Shown: one piece after another, positions 1 through 10,467 of the stretch
How positions within the stretch are numbered: position 1 is the stretch's first letter
Layout of the letters: each line of letters opens with the position of its first letter
Origin: Bdellovibrionota bacterium
GTDB lineage: Bacteria > Bdellovibrionota_G > JALEGL01 > DATDPG01
Length of the DNA: 64,000 nucleotides
Direction: 5' to 3'
Assembly (NCBI GenBank): GCA_963668355.1
Contig: OY764265.1
Location: forward strand, 992,001-1,056,000
Translations under genes and position numbers: made by a program
The notes under the pieces: model-generated
What the model was told of the DNA's origin: nothing
Database searches by the model: none
Seen by the model: only the letters and a program-made list of their open reading frames with translations

Positions 1-1
1 G

Positions 2-394
2 AAGTATGCCCACGAAGACCTGGTAAAAGCTTTGCTGCCCATCCTGGACAATTTTGAAAGAGCCCTCTCGCATACGGAAAATGCGGCGGAGGTCGAGTCC
101 ATTCGGGAGGGGATCACCATGATTTTCAATCAGATTCAAAGCACCCTCAATCAGTTTGGCGTGAAATCCGAAACCGCTCTGGGACAGCCCTTCAACCCCT
201 TGGTTCATGAAGCCGTGAGCCAGGTTCCTTCCGAGGAACATCCTCCCTCCACGGTCATTGAAGAGCATCAGAAAGCGTATCATCTTCACGACCGCCTTCT
301 GCGACCTGCCATGGTGACGGTTTCCAAGGAAACCGCGTTTGAAGATTCCGCCCCCACGGAGGAAACCGAAGATTCTGGTCCCCCTTCTGCATAA
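2..394 (+). CDS. grpE: Nucleotide exchange factor GrpE (5'-truncated by window edge)
   Basis: Frame open from base 2 (KYAHEDLVKALLPILDNFERAL); GrpE motifs FNPLVHEAV and KAYHLHDRLLRPAMVTV; directly upstream of dnaK. Confidence 0.95.
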   Translation, partial: KYAHEDLVKALLPILDNFERALSHTENAAEVESIREGITMIFNQIQSTLNQFGVKSETALGQPFNPLVHEAVSQVPSEEHPPSTVIEEHQKAYHLHDRLLRPAMVTVSKETAFEDSAPTEETEDSGPPSA

Positions 395-434
395 ACTCGT
401 TATACTGTTTGGTCAGGAAGGAAGTTAGCGAGAA

Positions 435-2246
435 ATGGGCAAAGTAATCGGTATTGACTTAGGCACCACCAACTCATGTGTCGCCGTCATGGAAATGGGA
501 GAACCCGTTGTCATTCCAAATTCAGAAGGTTCCCGAACCACGCCTTCTATGGTGGCTTTCAATGAAAGAGAAGAGCGTTTGGTCGGCCAAGTGGCCAAGC
601 GACAAGCCATCACGAATCCGGAAAATACCTTTTATGCCATCAAACGGCTCATCGGCCGGAAATTCGACTCCGAAGAGACCAAAAAATCCATCGAACTTTG
701 TTCTTTTAAAATCGTTCCTTCCGATAATGAGGACGCCTGGATTCAAACGGGAGACAAAAAAATCAGTCCTCCTGAAATCTCGGCCATCGTCCTACAAAAA
801 ATGAAGGAAACCGCAGAAGATTATTTGGGTGAAGAAGTCACTGATGCCGTAATTACGGTTCCTGCCTACTTTGACGACAGTCAGAGGCAGGCCACAAAAG
901 ACGCGGGAAAAATTGCCGGCTTGAATGTAGAGCGAATCATCAATGAGCCGACGGCTGCGGCCCTGGCCTACGGACTTGAGAAGGATGATGTTGGAACGAT
1001 CATCGTGTTTGACTTAGGTGGGGGCACCTTCGACGTTTCGATTTTGGAGCTATCTGGAGATGTTTTTCACGTCAAAGCAACCTGCGGAGACACCTTCCTG
1101 GGTGGAGAAGACTTTGACATGCGCGTTGTGGACTGGCTTGCGGAAGAGTTCATGAAAGCCGAAAACATTGATCTCAAAAAAGATCGGATGGCCCTTCAAC
1201 GACTCAAAGAAGCAGCTGAGAAAGCCAAGCACGAACTTTCTTCCTCCTTGGAAACGGACATCAACCTACCCTTCATTACTGCGGATGAGAAGGGACCCAA
1301 ACACCTCAACACCAAGCTTTCTCGCTCTCAACTCGAAATGTTGGTCGAAGATCTAATCGAGCGGCTGGCTCTTCCCTGTCAGACAGCGCTCTCAGATGCC
1401 GGGCTTTCCGTGAGTGATATCAATTCGGTGATTCTCGTTGGAGGGATGACTCGAATGCCACGCGTCATCGAAAAATCGAACGAAATTTTCAAACAGGAGC
1501 CGGTTCAAGGGGTCAACCCGGATGAGGTTGTGGCCATTGGAGCCGCTATTCAGGGAAGCATTCTCAAAGGAGATATGGATGAAGTTCTCCTCCTGGACGT
1601 CACGCCTCTTTCACTCGGAATTGAAACTCAGGGCGGAGTTTTCACAAAGCTAATCGAAAAAAATTCCACGATTCCCACGCGAAAAGGAGAGGTCTTTTCC
1701 ACGACCATTGACAATCAATCCATGGTTCGTGTGCATGTCTTACAAGGCGAACGTGAACTCGCCAAAGACAACAAGTCCATGGCCGTGTTCGAATTGGTCG
1801 GCATTCCACCTGCACCTCGCGGAATTCCTCAAATTGAAGTCACCTTTGACATCGACTCCAATGGCATCGTTTCCGTTGCGGCCAAAGACTTGGCGACACA
1901 AAAAGAACAAAGTGTCCGGATCACTCCCACCAGTGGACTGACGGAGACAGAAATTGAGCGCATCATCAGCGATGCCCGAACCCACGAGGCGGAAGACGCT
2001 CAGCAAAAAGTCGTCGTGGAAGCCAGAAACGAATTAGAGGGACTTCTCTATTCCACCCAAAGATCTTTGAGTGAACTCGAAGAAAAATTATCCGAAGACG
2101 AACGGGTCGAATTGGAGGAATCTGTGGAAAAGGCCAAGACCGCTTGTGACAGTGACGATGCTGAAGCCATTCGAGAAGCCATCAATCTGTTAAACGAAAT
2201 CACTCACCGAATTGCCGAATCTCTCTATACCAGTGCCGCAGACTAA
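435..2246 (+). CDS. dnaK: Molecular chaperone DnaK (Hsp70)
   Basis: [37 protein letters not shown], linker [14 protein letters not shown]; 603 aa with a short C-terminus. Confidence 0.97.
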   Translation: MGKVIGIDLGTTNSCVAVMEMGEPVVIPNSEGSRTTPSMVAFNEREERLVGQVAKRQAITNPENTFYAIKRLIGRKFDSEETKKSIELCSFKIVPSDNEDAWIQTGDKKISPPEISAIVLQKMKETAEDYLGEEVTDAVITVPAYFDDSQRQATKDAGKIAGLNVERIINEPTAAALAYGLEKDDVGTIIVFDLGGGTFDVSILELSGDVFHVKATCGDTFLGGEDFDMRVVDWLAEEFMKAENIDLKKDRMALQRLKEAAEKAKHELSSSLETDINLPFITADEKGPKHLNTKLSRSQLEMLVEDLIERLALPCQTALSDAGLSVSDINSVILVGGMTRMPRVIEKSNEIFKQEPVQGVNPDEVVAIGAAIQGSILKGDMDEVLLLDVTPLSLGIETQGGVFTKLIEKNSTIPTRKGEVFSTTIDNQSMVRVHVLQGERELAKDNKSMAVFELVGIPPAPRGIPQIEVTFDIDSNGIVSVAAKDLATQKEQSVRITPTSGLTETEIERIISDARTHEAEDAQQKVVVEARNELEGLLYSTQRSLSELEEKLSEDERVELEESVEKAKTACDSDDAEAIREAINLLNEITHRIAESLYTSAAD

Positions 2247-4215
2247 GACGTTAATTGTCCTGGGGCTCATCTTGAGCCTCTTCTGGGTGGGATGTGCCAA
2301 GCCGCCGACGGTCACACGCGGAGGGGTTGAAATTTCAGTTGAAGACGCCGCTCGCTTGGATTTCCAAGCCGCAGAACGTCTCCTGCAACAAAGGAAATAC
2401 TCTGCTGCCGCGCGCGAATACCAAAAGATTTTCGTGCATTTTCCAACGTCCTCCTATGCCGACAATTCCTTGTTTCGGCTGGCTCAGATCCATCGCATCC
2501 GGAAAAATAATTCTCAAGCCATTACGTTGTTGGAACGCTTCTTTAAGACTTACCCCAACAGCGAGGTCCGAGGCCAAGCCCATGAAGAGTTGGCCATCAT
2601 CTTTTTTCGATCTAAACAATATGAGAAATCTCTCCGGCACTTTATCGACCTTGATTGGGAGAGTCTCTCTTTAAAAAAACGGGGCAACCTTCAGAAAGCC
2701 GCGCGCGTGTCCTTTAAAAAGGTTCAGAAACCAAGGATGAAACTTCTTTGGTTGACTCGCCTTTATGATTCAGAATCGAACAAAAAAACCCGCCAAGAGC
2801 TAGCTCACGAAACGATGGTTCTTTTGGACAGCATTTCCGACACAGCGTTTCTCGAACGCGTTATCGAACAAAGAAGAGAGCGATTTCCCGCCGGATACAT
2901 TCATTTCAAACTGGCCAAGCTATCCGAGCAACAAGGAGACCCAAGACAAGCCCGGCGGTGGATCACGCGCTTTTTAAATCGATTTCGAGGCCACGAGCTT
3001 TCCCGAGATGCCGTCATCCTTTCGGAAAAATTTCAACGCCGAGAGGAAGTCAACCCACAAGCTGTGGGAGTTTTGCTTCCCCTTTCAGGAAAGAACCGCC
3101 TTTTTGGCAGACAAATTCTGGAAGGATTGGCCTTGGCCATTGATGTGTTCTCCAAAGAAAGTTCGAAGACTCACGCCATACGCTTTTTCATCGAAGATTC
3201 GGGGGACACGCCTGAAAGTGCTCTAAATGCACTCATGCGACTCATCGAAGAACACCAAGTCATTGCCGTCATTGGGCCACTTTCAGCGGATCAGAGCCAA
3301 GTCACCGCCCAGGCAGCTGCCGGATACCAGCTTCCCATTATTTCTTTGAGCGCAACGGAGGGAATCACGCAAGTTTCGGAAAACGTTTTCAGAAACAATT
3401 TAACAAAATCCGAACAGGCCACACGTCTCGCCCAAGTCGCTACATCTTTCCTGGGAATCAAACGTTGTGCCATCCTCTTTCCGAAAAGCAATTATGGAAA
3501 AGAATTCATGCGCCTGTTTTGGGAGGCTTTTGAGGCAAATGGGGGCGAAATTCGAGGCGCGGAAGAATATAAAATTGACGCAACCGATTTCGGACTTCCC
3601 TTGAAACGATTGGTGGGTCTGTACCCCATCAGCATGAGAAAAGATGAAGTTTGTTCAAAAGAAGAAAAGCTCACTCGAGAAGATTGCTTTCTCGCCAGCG
3701 AACTTCCGCCAAAGGTTGATTTTGAAGCTCTTTTCGTACCGGACGGGTTTGAGCGCGCCACACAAGTGGCCCCTGCCCTGGCCTATTACGATATTCGAGG
3801 CGTTCAATTACTCGGAACGAATCTCTGGAACACCACAAATATCTTTACGGGAGGGGCTGGAACACATTTGGAGGGAGCCATTTTCCTGGATGGCTTTTTC
3901 AAGAATCGAAATGATCCCGTCATTGCGAATTTCGTTTCCCGTTTTTATGCAACTTACGGAGATGAACCTGGAATTTTTCAAGCGACTTCTTTTGATACTG
4001 CCTCGCTGGTTTTGCATGTCCTTCGGGACTATGATCCCTCATCACGGGAATCCTTTCAGCGAGCTTTAAAAAGGCAACGAGAATTTCCGGGAGTTACGGG
4101 AACACTCAGCGTCTCAGAAAATCGAGAAATCACTCGAAACTTAACGGTTCTCATGATCGACCAAAGACACATCGTTGAATTGGTGGATGAAACTACAAAC
4201 CAAGCCAAACACTAA
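2212..4215 (+). CDS. Lipoprotein with N-terminal TPR (BamD/CpoB-like) region and C-terminal type I periplasmic-binding-protein fold (LpoA/LppC-like penicillin-binding-protein activator family)
   Basis: Lipobox [17 protein letters not shown] and YPNSEV TPR-like repeats; [21 protein letters not shown] motifs; alternative start GTG 2233. Confidence 0.75.
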   Translation: MPNLSIPVPQTKTLIVLGLILSLFWVGCAKPPTVTRGGVEISVEDAARLDFQAAERLLQQRKYSAAAREYQKIFVHFPTSSYADNSLFRLAQIHRIRKNNSQAITLLERFFKTYPNSEVRGQAHEELAIIFFRSKQYEKSLRHFIDLDWESLSLKKRGNLQKAARVSFKKVQKPRMKLLWLTRLYDSESNKKTRQELAHETMVLLDSISDTAFLERVIEQRRERFPAGYIHFKLAKLSEQQGDPRQARRWITRFLNRFRGHELSRDAVILSEKFQRREEVNPQAVGVLLPLSGKNRLFGRQILEGLALAIDVFSKESSKTHAIRFFIEDSGDTPESALNALMRLIEEHQVIAVIGPLSADQSQVTAQAAAGYQLPIISLSATEGITQVSENVFRNNLTKSEQATRLAQVATSFLGIKRCAILFPKSNYGKEFMRLFWEAFEANGGEIRGAEEYKIDATDFGLPLKRLVGLYPISMRKDEVCSKEEKLTREDCFLASELPPKVDFEALFVPDGFERATQVAPALAYYDIRGVQLLGTNLWNTTNIFTGGAGTHLEGAIFLDGFFKNRNDPVIANFVSRFYATYGDEPGIFQATSFDTASLVLHVLRDYDPSSRESFQRALKRQREFPGVTGTLSVSENREITRNLTVLMIDQRHIVELVDETTNQAKH

Positions 4216-4225
4216 GGTCTAAACA

Positions 4226-5647
4226 TCAGGCAATTTTGGCCCGGCTCACTCCATCGACCTGAGGAGAAATGGGAATTCCAAGCATTTCACACATGAAAAC
4301 AAAAATATCCACCGTCCGAGTCGGCTCTTTTTCTCCCCAAGATTGATTGGAAAGCAATGGGACGTGCATATGCTCCCGATGCAGGGATCCATGCGTGCCT
4401 GAGTGTTCAGGCGTTTCGTGTTTATCTCTTAAATCAAAACCCATTTTCCCGGTAACAACGACATCTCCCGACCTGGGATTTTCAAAGAGCTGAGCCAATT
4501 GAACCAAGGCATCCGGGTACTCTGAGAAAAACGTTTCCTTCAAAGCTTCCTCCGAAGACATGCGCTCGGGCAGGGACTGAAAACCAAAGGGATCCGTCGT
4601 TTGAACAACATATTTAAACTGATCTCCCATTCGTTTCAACGTAGCTCGGCCACGATCACTTTCGATCCAAATGTTTTTTTCCTCATCCTGGGTGACGACC
4701 TGATCTATTTCCGGTCGGGCTAGAAAGCGATCCAAAAAACCCTTCTTTGCAAATTCACTTCGATACATGGGATGAGACCACCCGTCTTCGCTTTTCAAAT
4801 AAAGATGCGCCATCCCATTTCCGGAGACCATGCAGGCCGCATCGACATTTTTTCGAAATACTTTTGGATGATAGAGTGTGGTTCTTCCGCCTTCATCTAA
4901 CTCTTTCCAAACCTCAAGATGGGTGTGTGTTTGACTCAAACCATGGTCACTGGAGGCAACGATCAATGTCTCCTCATAAATCCCTTTGGCCTTCAATGCT
5001 TGAACCAGGTCACCCAAAGCCTTGTCGACATCGGCGTAGGCATTGGAAACTTTGTCGGAAAGAGGGTGCGTTAAGTGGCTATGCTCATCTACTCCAGGGA
5101 ACACAACAAACATAAACTTGGGATCGTCCGACAAAGACTTAAGCATCATCTTCCGCGCGACTTCATCCACGCTGGACCATTTGTCTGTAAAATGAGCATA
5201 CAACCAATAGTAGGCTCGCAATAGCTTGGTCTTATTGCCCCAAAACGTACTCCCTCGGTTAATGGGACTAAAAATATTCACACACGGACGGGCCAACTCG
5301 AAAAGAGTTGGAATGCTCGGAACCAAATCGCGATTCATCAAATAGCTTTCGATCCCGACATAACTTCGAAACGCTTTTGGGTATCTCTGCCCTTTTCCAA
5401 AACGACCTCGGTCAAACCATCGAATCCCCGGAAGATTACAGGTGGCCGGAAAACATCCCGTGAGAAAAGGGGCATAGGCCGGACCCGTTGTCGAAGGGAA
5501 AACGGTCGAGGCCGTTCGAAACTCACCTTTTTCGAAAAAGATTTTTTCCATATTGGGACATTTTCCGTCCCGTACAGCTTTTTCCAAGGCGTCCGGACGC
5601 GCGCCATCAATCAAAAAGAATATGCAACGACGATATCGAGAGGTCAT
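4226..5647 (-). CDS. Alkaline-phosphatase-superfamily protein (type I phosphodiesterase/nucleotide pyrophosphatase-like), no signal peptide
   Basis: Metal and nucleophile motifs FLIDGAR, TVFPSTTGPA, GVDEHSH, SSDHG, GTHGSL. Confidence 0.85.
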   Translation of the reverse strand: MTSRYRRCIFFLIDGARPDALEKAVRDGKCPNMEKIFFEKGEFRTASTVFPSTTGPAYAPFLTGCFPATCNLPGIRWFDRGRFGKGQRYPKAFRSYVGIESYLMNRDLVPSIPTLFELARPCVNIFSPINRGSTFWGNKTKLLRAYYWLYAHFTDKWSSVDEVARKMMLKSLSDDPKFMFVVFPGVDEHSHLTHPLSDKVSNAYADVDKALGDLVQALKAKGIYEETLIVASSDHGLSQTHTHLEVWKELDEGGRTTLYHPKVFRKNVDAACMVSGNGMAHLYLKSEDGWSHPMYRSEFAKKGFLDRFLARPEIDQVVTQDEEKNIWIESDRGRATLKRMGDQFKYVVQTTDPFGFQSLPERMSSEEALKETFFSEYPDALVQLAQLFENPRSGDVVVTGKMGFDLRDKHETPEHSGTHGSLHREHMHVPLLSNQSWGEKEPTRTVDIFVFMCEMLGIPISPQVDGVSRAKIA

Positions 5648-5649
5648 GA

Positions 5650-6345
5650 CTAAAACACAATCTCTTCTTTTGCCTTTTTCTTTTTTTTGCGAAGTTTCTT
5701 TAAAAGGCCGGCAAAGGTCTCCTTGCCAATGATATGGTTAAATTGAGTTTGGTAATTTCGAATCAAATCAACCCCATCGAAAACAATATTGAAAATCATC
5801 CAACTTTTTGGATTGCGATGCAGCTCATACACAATGTCCACATCAGCATCTTCTTGCATAACACTCACAAAAACTTTGGCTCGCTGCCCCTTAACTTCTT
5901 CTTTCCCATACTTAATTTCATAGTTTCCAACCAAATCCCTCGATCTCCGCAAGTATGAGTCCTCGATGAGACTGACAAAAAGATCAGAAAATTCGTCTCT
6001 TTCTTTTTTTGTGAGTTTCCCCCAGTGATGACCAAGACTCATTCGAGCCAACCCATAAAAATCAAAAAACTGTCGGACCTTTTCGGCAATTTTGGCTTCC
6101 TTTTTTAAATCTACCTTTTTGGGTTTTTCTTTTTCGGGCTCGATAATGTCACGCAATTCCTCGGTGTATTTTTGAATGACCTGCGTAGGCGAATCGAAAC
6201 TCACTTCCACTTCCGGGGGCTGAGTTTCTTTTTGAGCTGCGCTTCCCGTTGGCTCTGTGGCCGCTTGGCTCGGCAGCACAAGCAAAAACAGAAAAAACGC
6301 AACGAACAAGCCTGTAAATCCCAATTTTCCCAACTGAAATTTCAC
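5650..6345 (-). CDS. MlaC/Ttg2D-family lipid-binding periplasmic protein
   Basis: Signal peptide; FDFYGLARMSLGHHW, WMIFNIVFDGVDLIRNYQTQF. Confidence 0.85.
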   Translation of the reverse strand: MKFQLGKLGFTGLFVAFFLFLLVLPSQAATEPTGSAAQKETQPPEVEVSFDSPTQVIQKYTEELRDIIEPEKEKPKKVDLKKEAKIAEKVRQFFDFYGLARMSLGHHWGKLTKKERDEFSDLFVSLIEDSYLRRSRDLVGNYEIKYGKEEVKGQRAKVFVSVMQEDADVDIVYELHRNPKSWMIFNIVFDGVDLIRNYQTQFNHIIGKETFAGLLKKLRKKKKKAKEEIVF

Positions 6346-7043
6346 GATTCATTCCCTTCTTCCAAAGCCTTCAGCGTAAACAAGAGTCTCCGAAGGGCTG
6401 TCCAGTTCGTAGAAATGGCCATCACAATTAAAATTGCCATTAGAAGGTGTTGGGGTGGAGTCACGCCCATCCCATAAAACGGCATCAAAGAAATTTGCAG
6501 GACAGAGCTTAACACCGATCCAACGCCCAGAAGGAAAATTCTTTCCGGTCGTTGCATGGATCCCACATCTTTAAGATCGATTCCCAAGCTTTCTCCCCGA
6601 GCTCGAATATAAGGAGTGATCATCGTGCCTCCCAAGCCAGCCAAAATGACAAGAAACAACCAATGATCTCGATATAGAAAAGCCAAACCCGAAAACAACA
6701 AAAAGTCTTGGTAGCGATCAATGGAGGAATCCAAAAAGCCTCCACGTTTGGTAACCTGGTTGGTTGCCCGGGCTATCCGTCCATCCAAAATGTCGATGCT
6801 TCCCGTGAGCAACACACACCAACCGGCCAATAAAACATGGTTGGTCGCATACAAAACCCCACAAACCACACTCACCAACAGTCCAAACATGGTGATGGAA
6901 TTGGGAGAAACATCCCATCTCAACAAAACGTCTTCGAAACGCTTGAGAACCTTTAGAACCCACCAAGATCGTAGTTCAGGGTTCAATAGAACCGAATCTC
7001 GTTGAAGCTTGGCCTCCGATTCATTTGTGGCGTGTTCCATCAT
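6342..7043 (-). CDS. CDP-alcohol phosphatidyltransferase (PIP/AIP-synthase-like)
   Basis: SPNSIT, DILDGRIAR...GGFLDSSIDRYQD signature, YIRARGESLG, GSMQRPER; ATG start 7043 preceded by AGGA. Confidence 0.9.
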   Translation of the reverse strand: MMEHATNESEAKLQRDSVLLNPELRSWWVLKVLKRFEDVLLRWDVSPNSITMFGLLVSVVCGVLYATNHVLLAGWCVLLTGSIDILDGRIARATNQVTKRGGFLDSSIDRYQDFLLFSGLAFLYRDHWLFLVILAGLGGTMITPYIRARGESLGIDLKDVGSMQRPERIFLLGVGSVLSSVLQISLMPFYGMGVTPPQHLLMAILIVMAISTNWTALRRLLFTLKALEEGNES

Positions 7044-7053
7044 TTCCAAGTTC

Positions 7054-8439
7054 CTAATAGGTCAGATCCGCGACTTCTTCTCCAACAGCCTTCGAAAGAT
7101 TCGAAAGAGCCACGTCGTAGTCAAAGATGGTATTGAAATACGTAATCTTCACGGTCGTGTAAGAAACAAAAGCCTCCAAAAGATCCTTTACGGGAACCAA
7201 TCCCACCCCAAAGTTTAGAGTGCTAGCGGTAACCCAACTCCGCGCCGCTTTGAATCCTCTTCGGGCACTTTCAACCGAATCATGCTTGGCCACCGCATTC
7301 GAATGGACTTTCCGAATTTCCAGCTCAATGGCGGCCTGAGCCAATCTTCGTTGAGCCATCATCTTTCTTAATTCTGCTTTGGCCTGTCGATAGCGAGCAT
7401 CCGTTAAATGGAAACTCAAGTTTTGGTCCAAGCCCAGATAAGCGCCTCCCGAGTTGTAATTAAATTCGTCTACGAGAAAAGGATTTTCAACATCTTGGCG
7501 ACCGGGGGCGTATCCGAAATGATAAAATCCTCCCAAGAAAAATGTAGGAAAATACTCAGACTCGGACACATGCATCAATGCTTCCCGAGCCATAACACCA
7601 TCGTCCAATTGAGCTAACTCGGGTCGAGCCACTTTTGCCCGTTTTAAATAATGGTCGATGCTGGAAATATCGACATCATAAAAGCGTAGACCCCGATCTG
7701 CCACTTCGATCGGAGGAGCATTCAATCCACCGGTGAGAATTCCCAACGAGATCTGCGCCAACTTCGCTCCGTTACGGACTTCAATCAGACGACGATCCAG
7801 TTCGGCCAAAAACACTTCCAGTCGCATGCGATCAATGTCGGTCACTTCGGGGGAATGTTGTTTAACCAATTCATTCACACGAGATTTTGCCGAACTCGAC
7901 CGCTCCTCGACCTCTTCCAGCAAACCCTTGAGGCTTTTGAGGAACACCGCCCCGTAATATACTTTCTTCACTTGGGCGATCAGCTCATTGCGAACCTGAG
8001 CCTCTTGGGATTTTTTTGCAGAAAGCCCCTTTTCCGCCGCCTTTTTTAAATTCGAAAGCTTTCCGAATGTATAAAGTGGCTGGATGGCCTCGACTTTGGC
8101 CTGAATGAACGGACCCAAGTTGGAAATCCCCGTGGACACATTTGGAAATGAGGGGGCCGCAGAACCATCTGGGATATCTGGAACAGGTCCGCCAACCACC
8201 TGCAACTTAATATGCGGGAGAAAGTGCGCATTGGCCGCTTCGGCCACCTTCCCTTCTAAAACCGCCGTGTCTTCACGAGCCACTTCCAAAGACGGCCAAT
8301 TCTCGATCGCCTTTTGTATGCACTCAGAAAGAGTTAAGGAAGGAGTTTCTTTGACAATCTTTTCTTGGGCGCATGCCACATTCGACAAGCCCAACGCCAA
8401 ACAACCCACAACACTAATTATAAACACCCGTTTCTTCAT
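7054..8439 (-). CDS. TolC-family outer membrane efflux protein
   Basis: Signal peptide from ATG 8439 (MKKRVFII); LTLSECIQKAIEN, QPLYTFGK, RPELAQL, LSKAVG, typical of OEP repeats. Confidence 0.9.
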   Translation of the reverse strand: MKKRVFIISVVGCLALGLSNVACAQEKIVKETPSLTLSECIQKAIENWPSLEVAREDTAVLEGKVAEAANAHFLPHIKLQVVGGPVPDIPDGSAAPSFPNVSTGISNLGPFIQAKVEAIQPLYTFGKLSNLKKAAEKGLSAKKSQEAQVRNELIAQVKKVYYGAVFLKSLKGLLEEVEERSSSAKSRVNELVKQHSPEVTDIDRMRLEVFLAELDRRLIEVRNGAKLAQISLGILTGGLNAPPIEVADRGLRFYDVDISSIDHYLKRAKVARPELAQLDDGVMAREALMHVSESEYFPTFFLGGFYHFGYAPGRQDVENPFLVDEFNYNSGGAYLGLDQNLSFHLTDARYRQAKAELRKMMAQRRLAQAAIELEIRKVHSNAVAKHDSVESARRGFKAARSWVTASTLNFGVGLVPVKDLLEAFVSYTTVKITYFNTIFDYDVALSNLSKAVGEEVADLTY

Positions 8440-8890
8440 ATCTCTGCCAAATTCCGCCGCCATTTTGACCCAGGAGCAAAAGGTTTCCCCTTTTCGCTTA
8501 TTCCCCCCTTAAAAGTCAATGGATTCTGGGGATTTTCCCGGGAAGAGACCTGCCCCCATTTTAGTCTACGCATTGTGGCCGCCCCATCTTACCTCGCCTC
8601 TTCCCCCCATCCTAGAAGATCCACTGACTTCGGCCCTCTCCCTTCTGACTAGGTCGATAAGAAATGCGACACAAAAAAGAAAAAAAAGACCTTCTTTAGA
8701 CTTTTTCGGGAATTTTTGTCCCTCTTCAAAAACAGATGCGTCCTCCGCAAGCTGATTAATTTTCAGGAAACAGCGGGACAAAATCTCCACACTCCGCCAC
8801 CAGAGCCAATGAGGCGCGAGTTCCTCAGCAGAAAAAGCTGGCGTTTCCTTTCAGAACCGATATTCTGTAGGCGTTTCGAGGGGGGGAAAT

Positions 8891-10348
8891 TTGAATAACT
8901 CAGTCCGTTATTTGATGGCGGTTGTGGCATTTATGTCCATCACGGATGGGTATGCCCAGGCTTCTGGCTTTTTGAAGCTTCCGCGAGTGGTTCAAGAAGC
9001 GCTATCTAAGGATTATAAGGCCTGGGTCTTCTTTACCAAGCCTCAAAAAAGCGATCTCTATGTTCCTTACAATCAACGGTCTCTTGAGCGAAGGGCCAAA
9101 GTCGGCATTCACAACCCGACCGTTTTTGATCGAAGAGTCGATCCAGATTTTCGAGCCGAAGTGGAAGCTTTGGGCGCCAATATCCGTGTGGAATCTCGAT
9201 GGTTTAATGCTGTCAGCGTCGAAGCTTCCGGAAATACCTTGCTGAATATCTCTCTTCTTCCATATGTCTTGCGCGTAGAACTGGTCGAAGGAGCCAAACC
9301 AGTGCGTCCCCTGAAAACGAGGCGCACCCCGGAAGATCCAACCCCTCTTTTTGGATTCACCTTTAATGGAGGAGAGTGGTCGCTTGACTATGGCCGCTCC
9401 AAGGAGCAGCTGGAACAAATCCATGTCCCCGAACTCCATGACGCCGGTTTCTCCGGAAAGGGCGTCACGATCTGCATGATGGATGCGGGCTTCAATTGGA
9501 ATCACCTGGCCTTTCATCGATTGAAGATCTCTGGGCAATGGGACTTCGTCATGAACGATGGAAATGTTCGAAGAAACAAACAAGATCCCCAGGACTATGA
9601 CGATGAACATGGAACCATGACCTTGTCCGTGGCCGGGGGTTATGCCCCGGGAAAAGTAATTGGCCCCGCATTCGGCGCTAATTATCTCCTAGCAAAAACA
9701 GAAGATGGGCGAAGCGAAACGCCGATTGAAGAAGACTTCTGGGTGGCGGGTTTAGAATGGTGTGAGGCCGCAGGAGCAGACATCATTTCAAGTTCCTTGG
9801 GATACAGAGATTTTGACAACCCCGCGTCCAGCCACTCTTACAAAGATTTGGATGGTCGAAGCACCCGCCCTGCCATTGCGGCGAATTTTGCGACAAACCT
9901 TGGCATCCTGGTCATTACTTCGGTTGGAAATTCAGGCTTAGACGGCGTGGGCTCCTTGTCCACTCCTGCAGATTCCGAAGGCGTACTTGCTGTGGGGGCC
10001 GTTCACCAAGATGGTGGATTGGCCTACTTCAGCTCTCAAGGACCCACGGCTGATGGCCGAATCAAACCAGAGCTGGTAGCTCGAGGTGTTCGTGTTTCGC
10101 TGGCTTTGGACGAAGAATATGGTCGAGCCGATGGAACATCTTTTGCCGCTCCTTTGGTTGCCGGTTCGGCCGCCCTCATTCTGGAGGCCAATCCGCAATG
10201 GAAACCCGAAGAAGTGAAGCAAGCTCTATTGAATACCGCCGACAATAAAGAGTCTCCCAATAATCGATTGGGATATGGCATTCCAAATATTTTGAGTGCG
10301 TTGTCTCATGTCCCCATTTTGGAACAGGATGCCATCGCAACTCGATAG
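8891..10348 (+). CDS. Secreted S8 (subtilisin-family) serine peptidase
   Basis: Signal peptide; catalytic triad MDAG, HGT, GTSFAAP; SSQGPTADGRIKP. Confidence 0.93.
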   Translation: MNNSVRYLMAVVAFMSITDGYAQASGFLKLPRVVQEALSKDYKAWVFFTKPQKSDLYVPYNQRSLERRAKVGIHNPTVFDRRVDPDFRAEVEALGANIRVESRWFNAVSVEASGNTLLNISLLPYVLRVELVEGAKPVRPLKTRRTPEDPTPLFGFTFNGGEWSLDYGRSKEQLEQIHVPELHDAGFSGKGVTICMMDAGFNWNHLAFHRLKISGQWDFVMNDGNVRRNKQDPQDYDDEHGTMTLSVAGGYAPGKVIGPAFGANYLLAKTEDGRSETPIEEDFWVAGLEWCEAAGADIISSSLGYRDFDNPASSHSYKDLDGRSTRPAIAANFATNLGILVITSVGNSGLDGVGSLSTPADSEGVLAVGAVHQDGGLAYFSSQGPTADGRIKPELVARGVRVSLALDEEYGRADGTSFAAPLVAGSAALILEANPQWKPEEVKQALLNTADNKESPNNRLGYGIPNILSALSHVPILEQDAIATR

Positions 10349-10467
10349 CGTTAAATGAGGGCCAACTAAGTCCTATTTCCCCAATAATTTCGTGCTTTTG
10401 GCTATATTTTCCGGCACGATAACCTCTGTTTTTTTAGACTTCCAACCCCAATTGAGGAGGAGGATTT

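Noticed and set aside
8566..8790. 74-aa ORF (and overlapping short ORFs) in the TolC/S8 intergenic region
   Set aside because: No convincing RBS or protein-like features; likely chance ORFs
10412..10428. CGGCACG as a sigma-54 -24 box upstream of the porin-cytochrome operon
   Set aside because: The -12 position reads TC rather than GC at the required spacing
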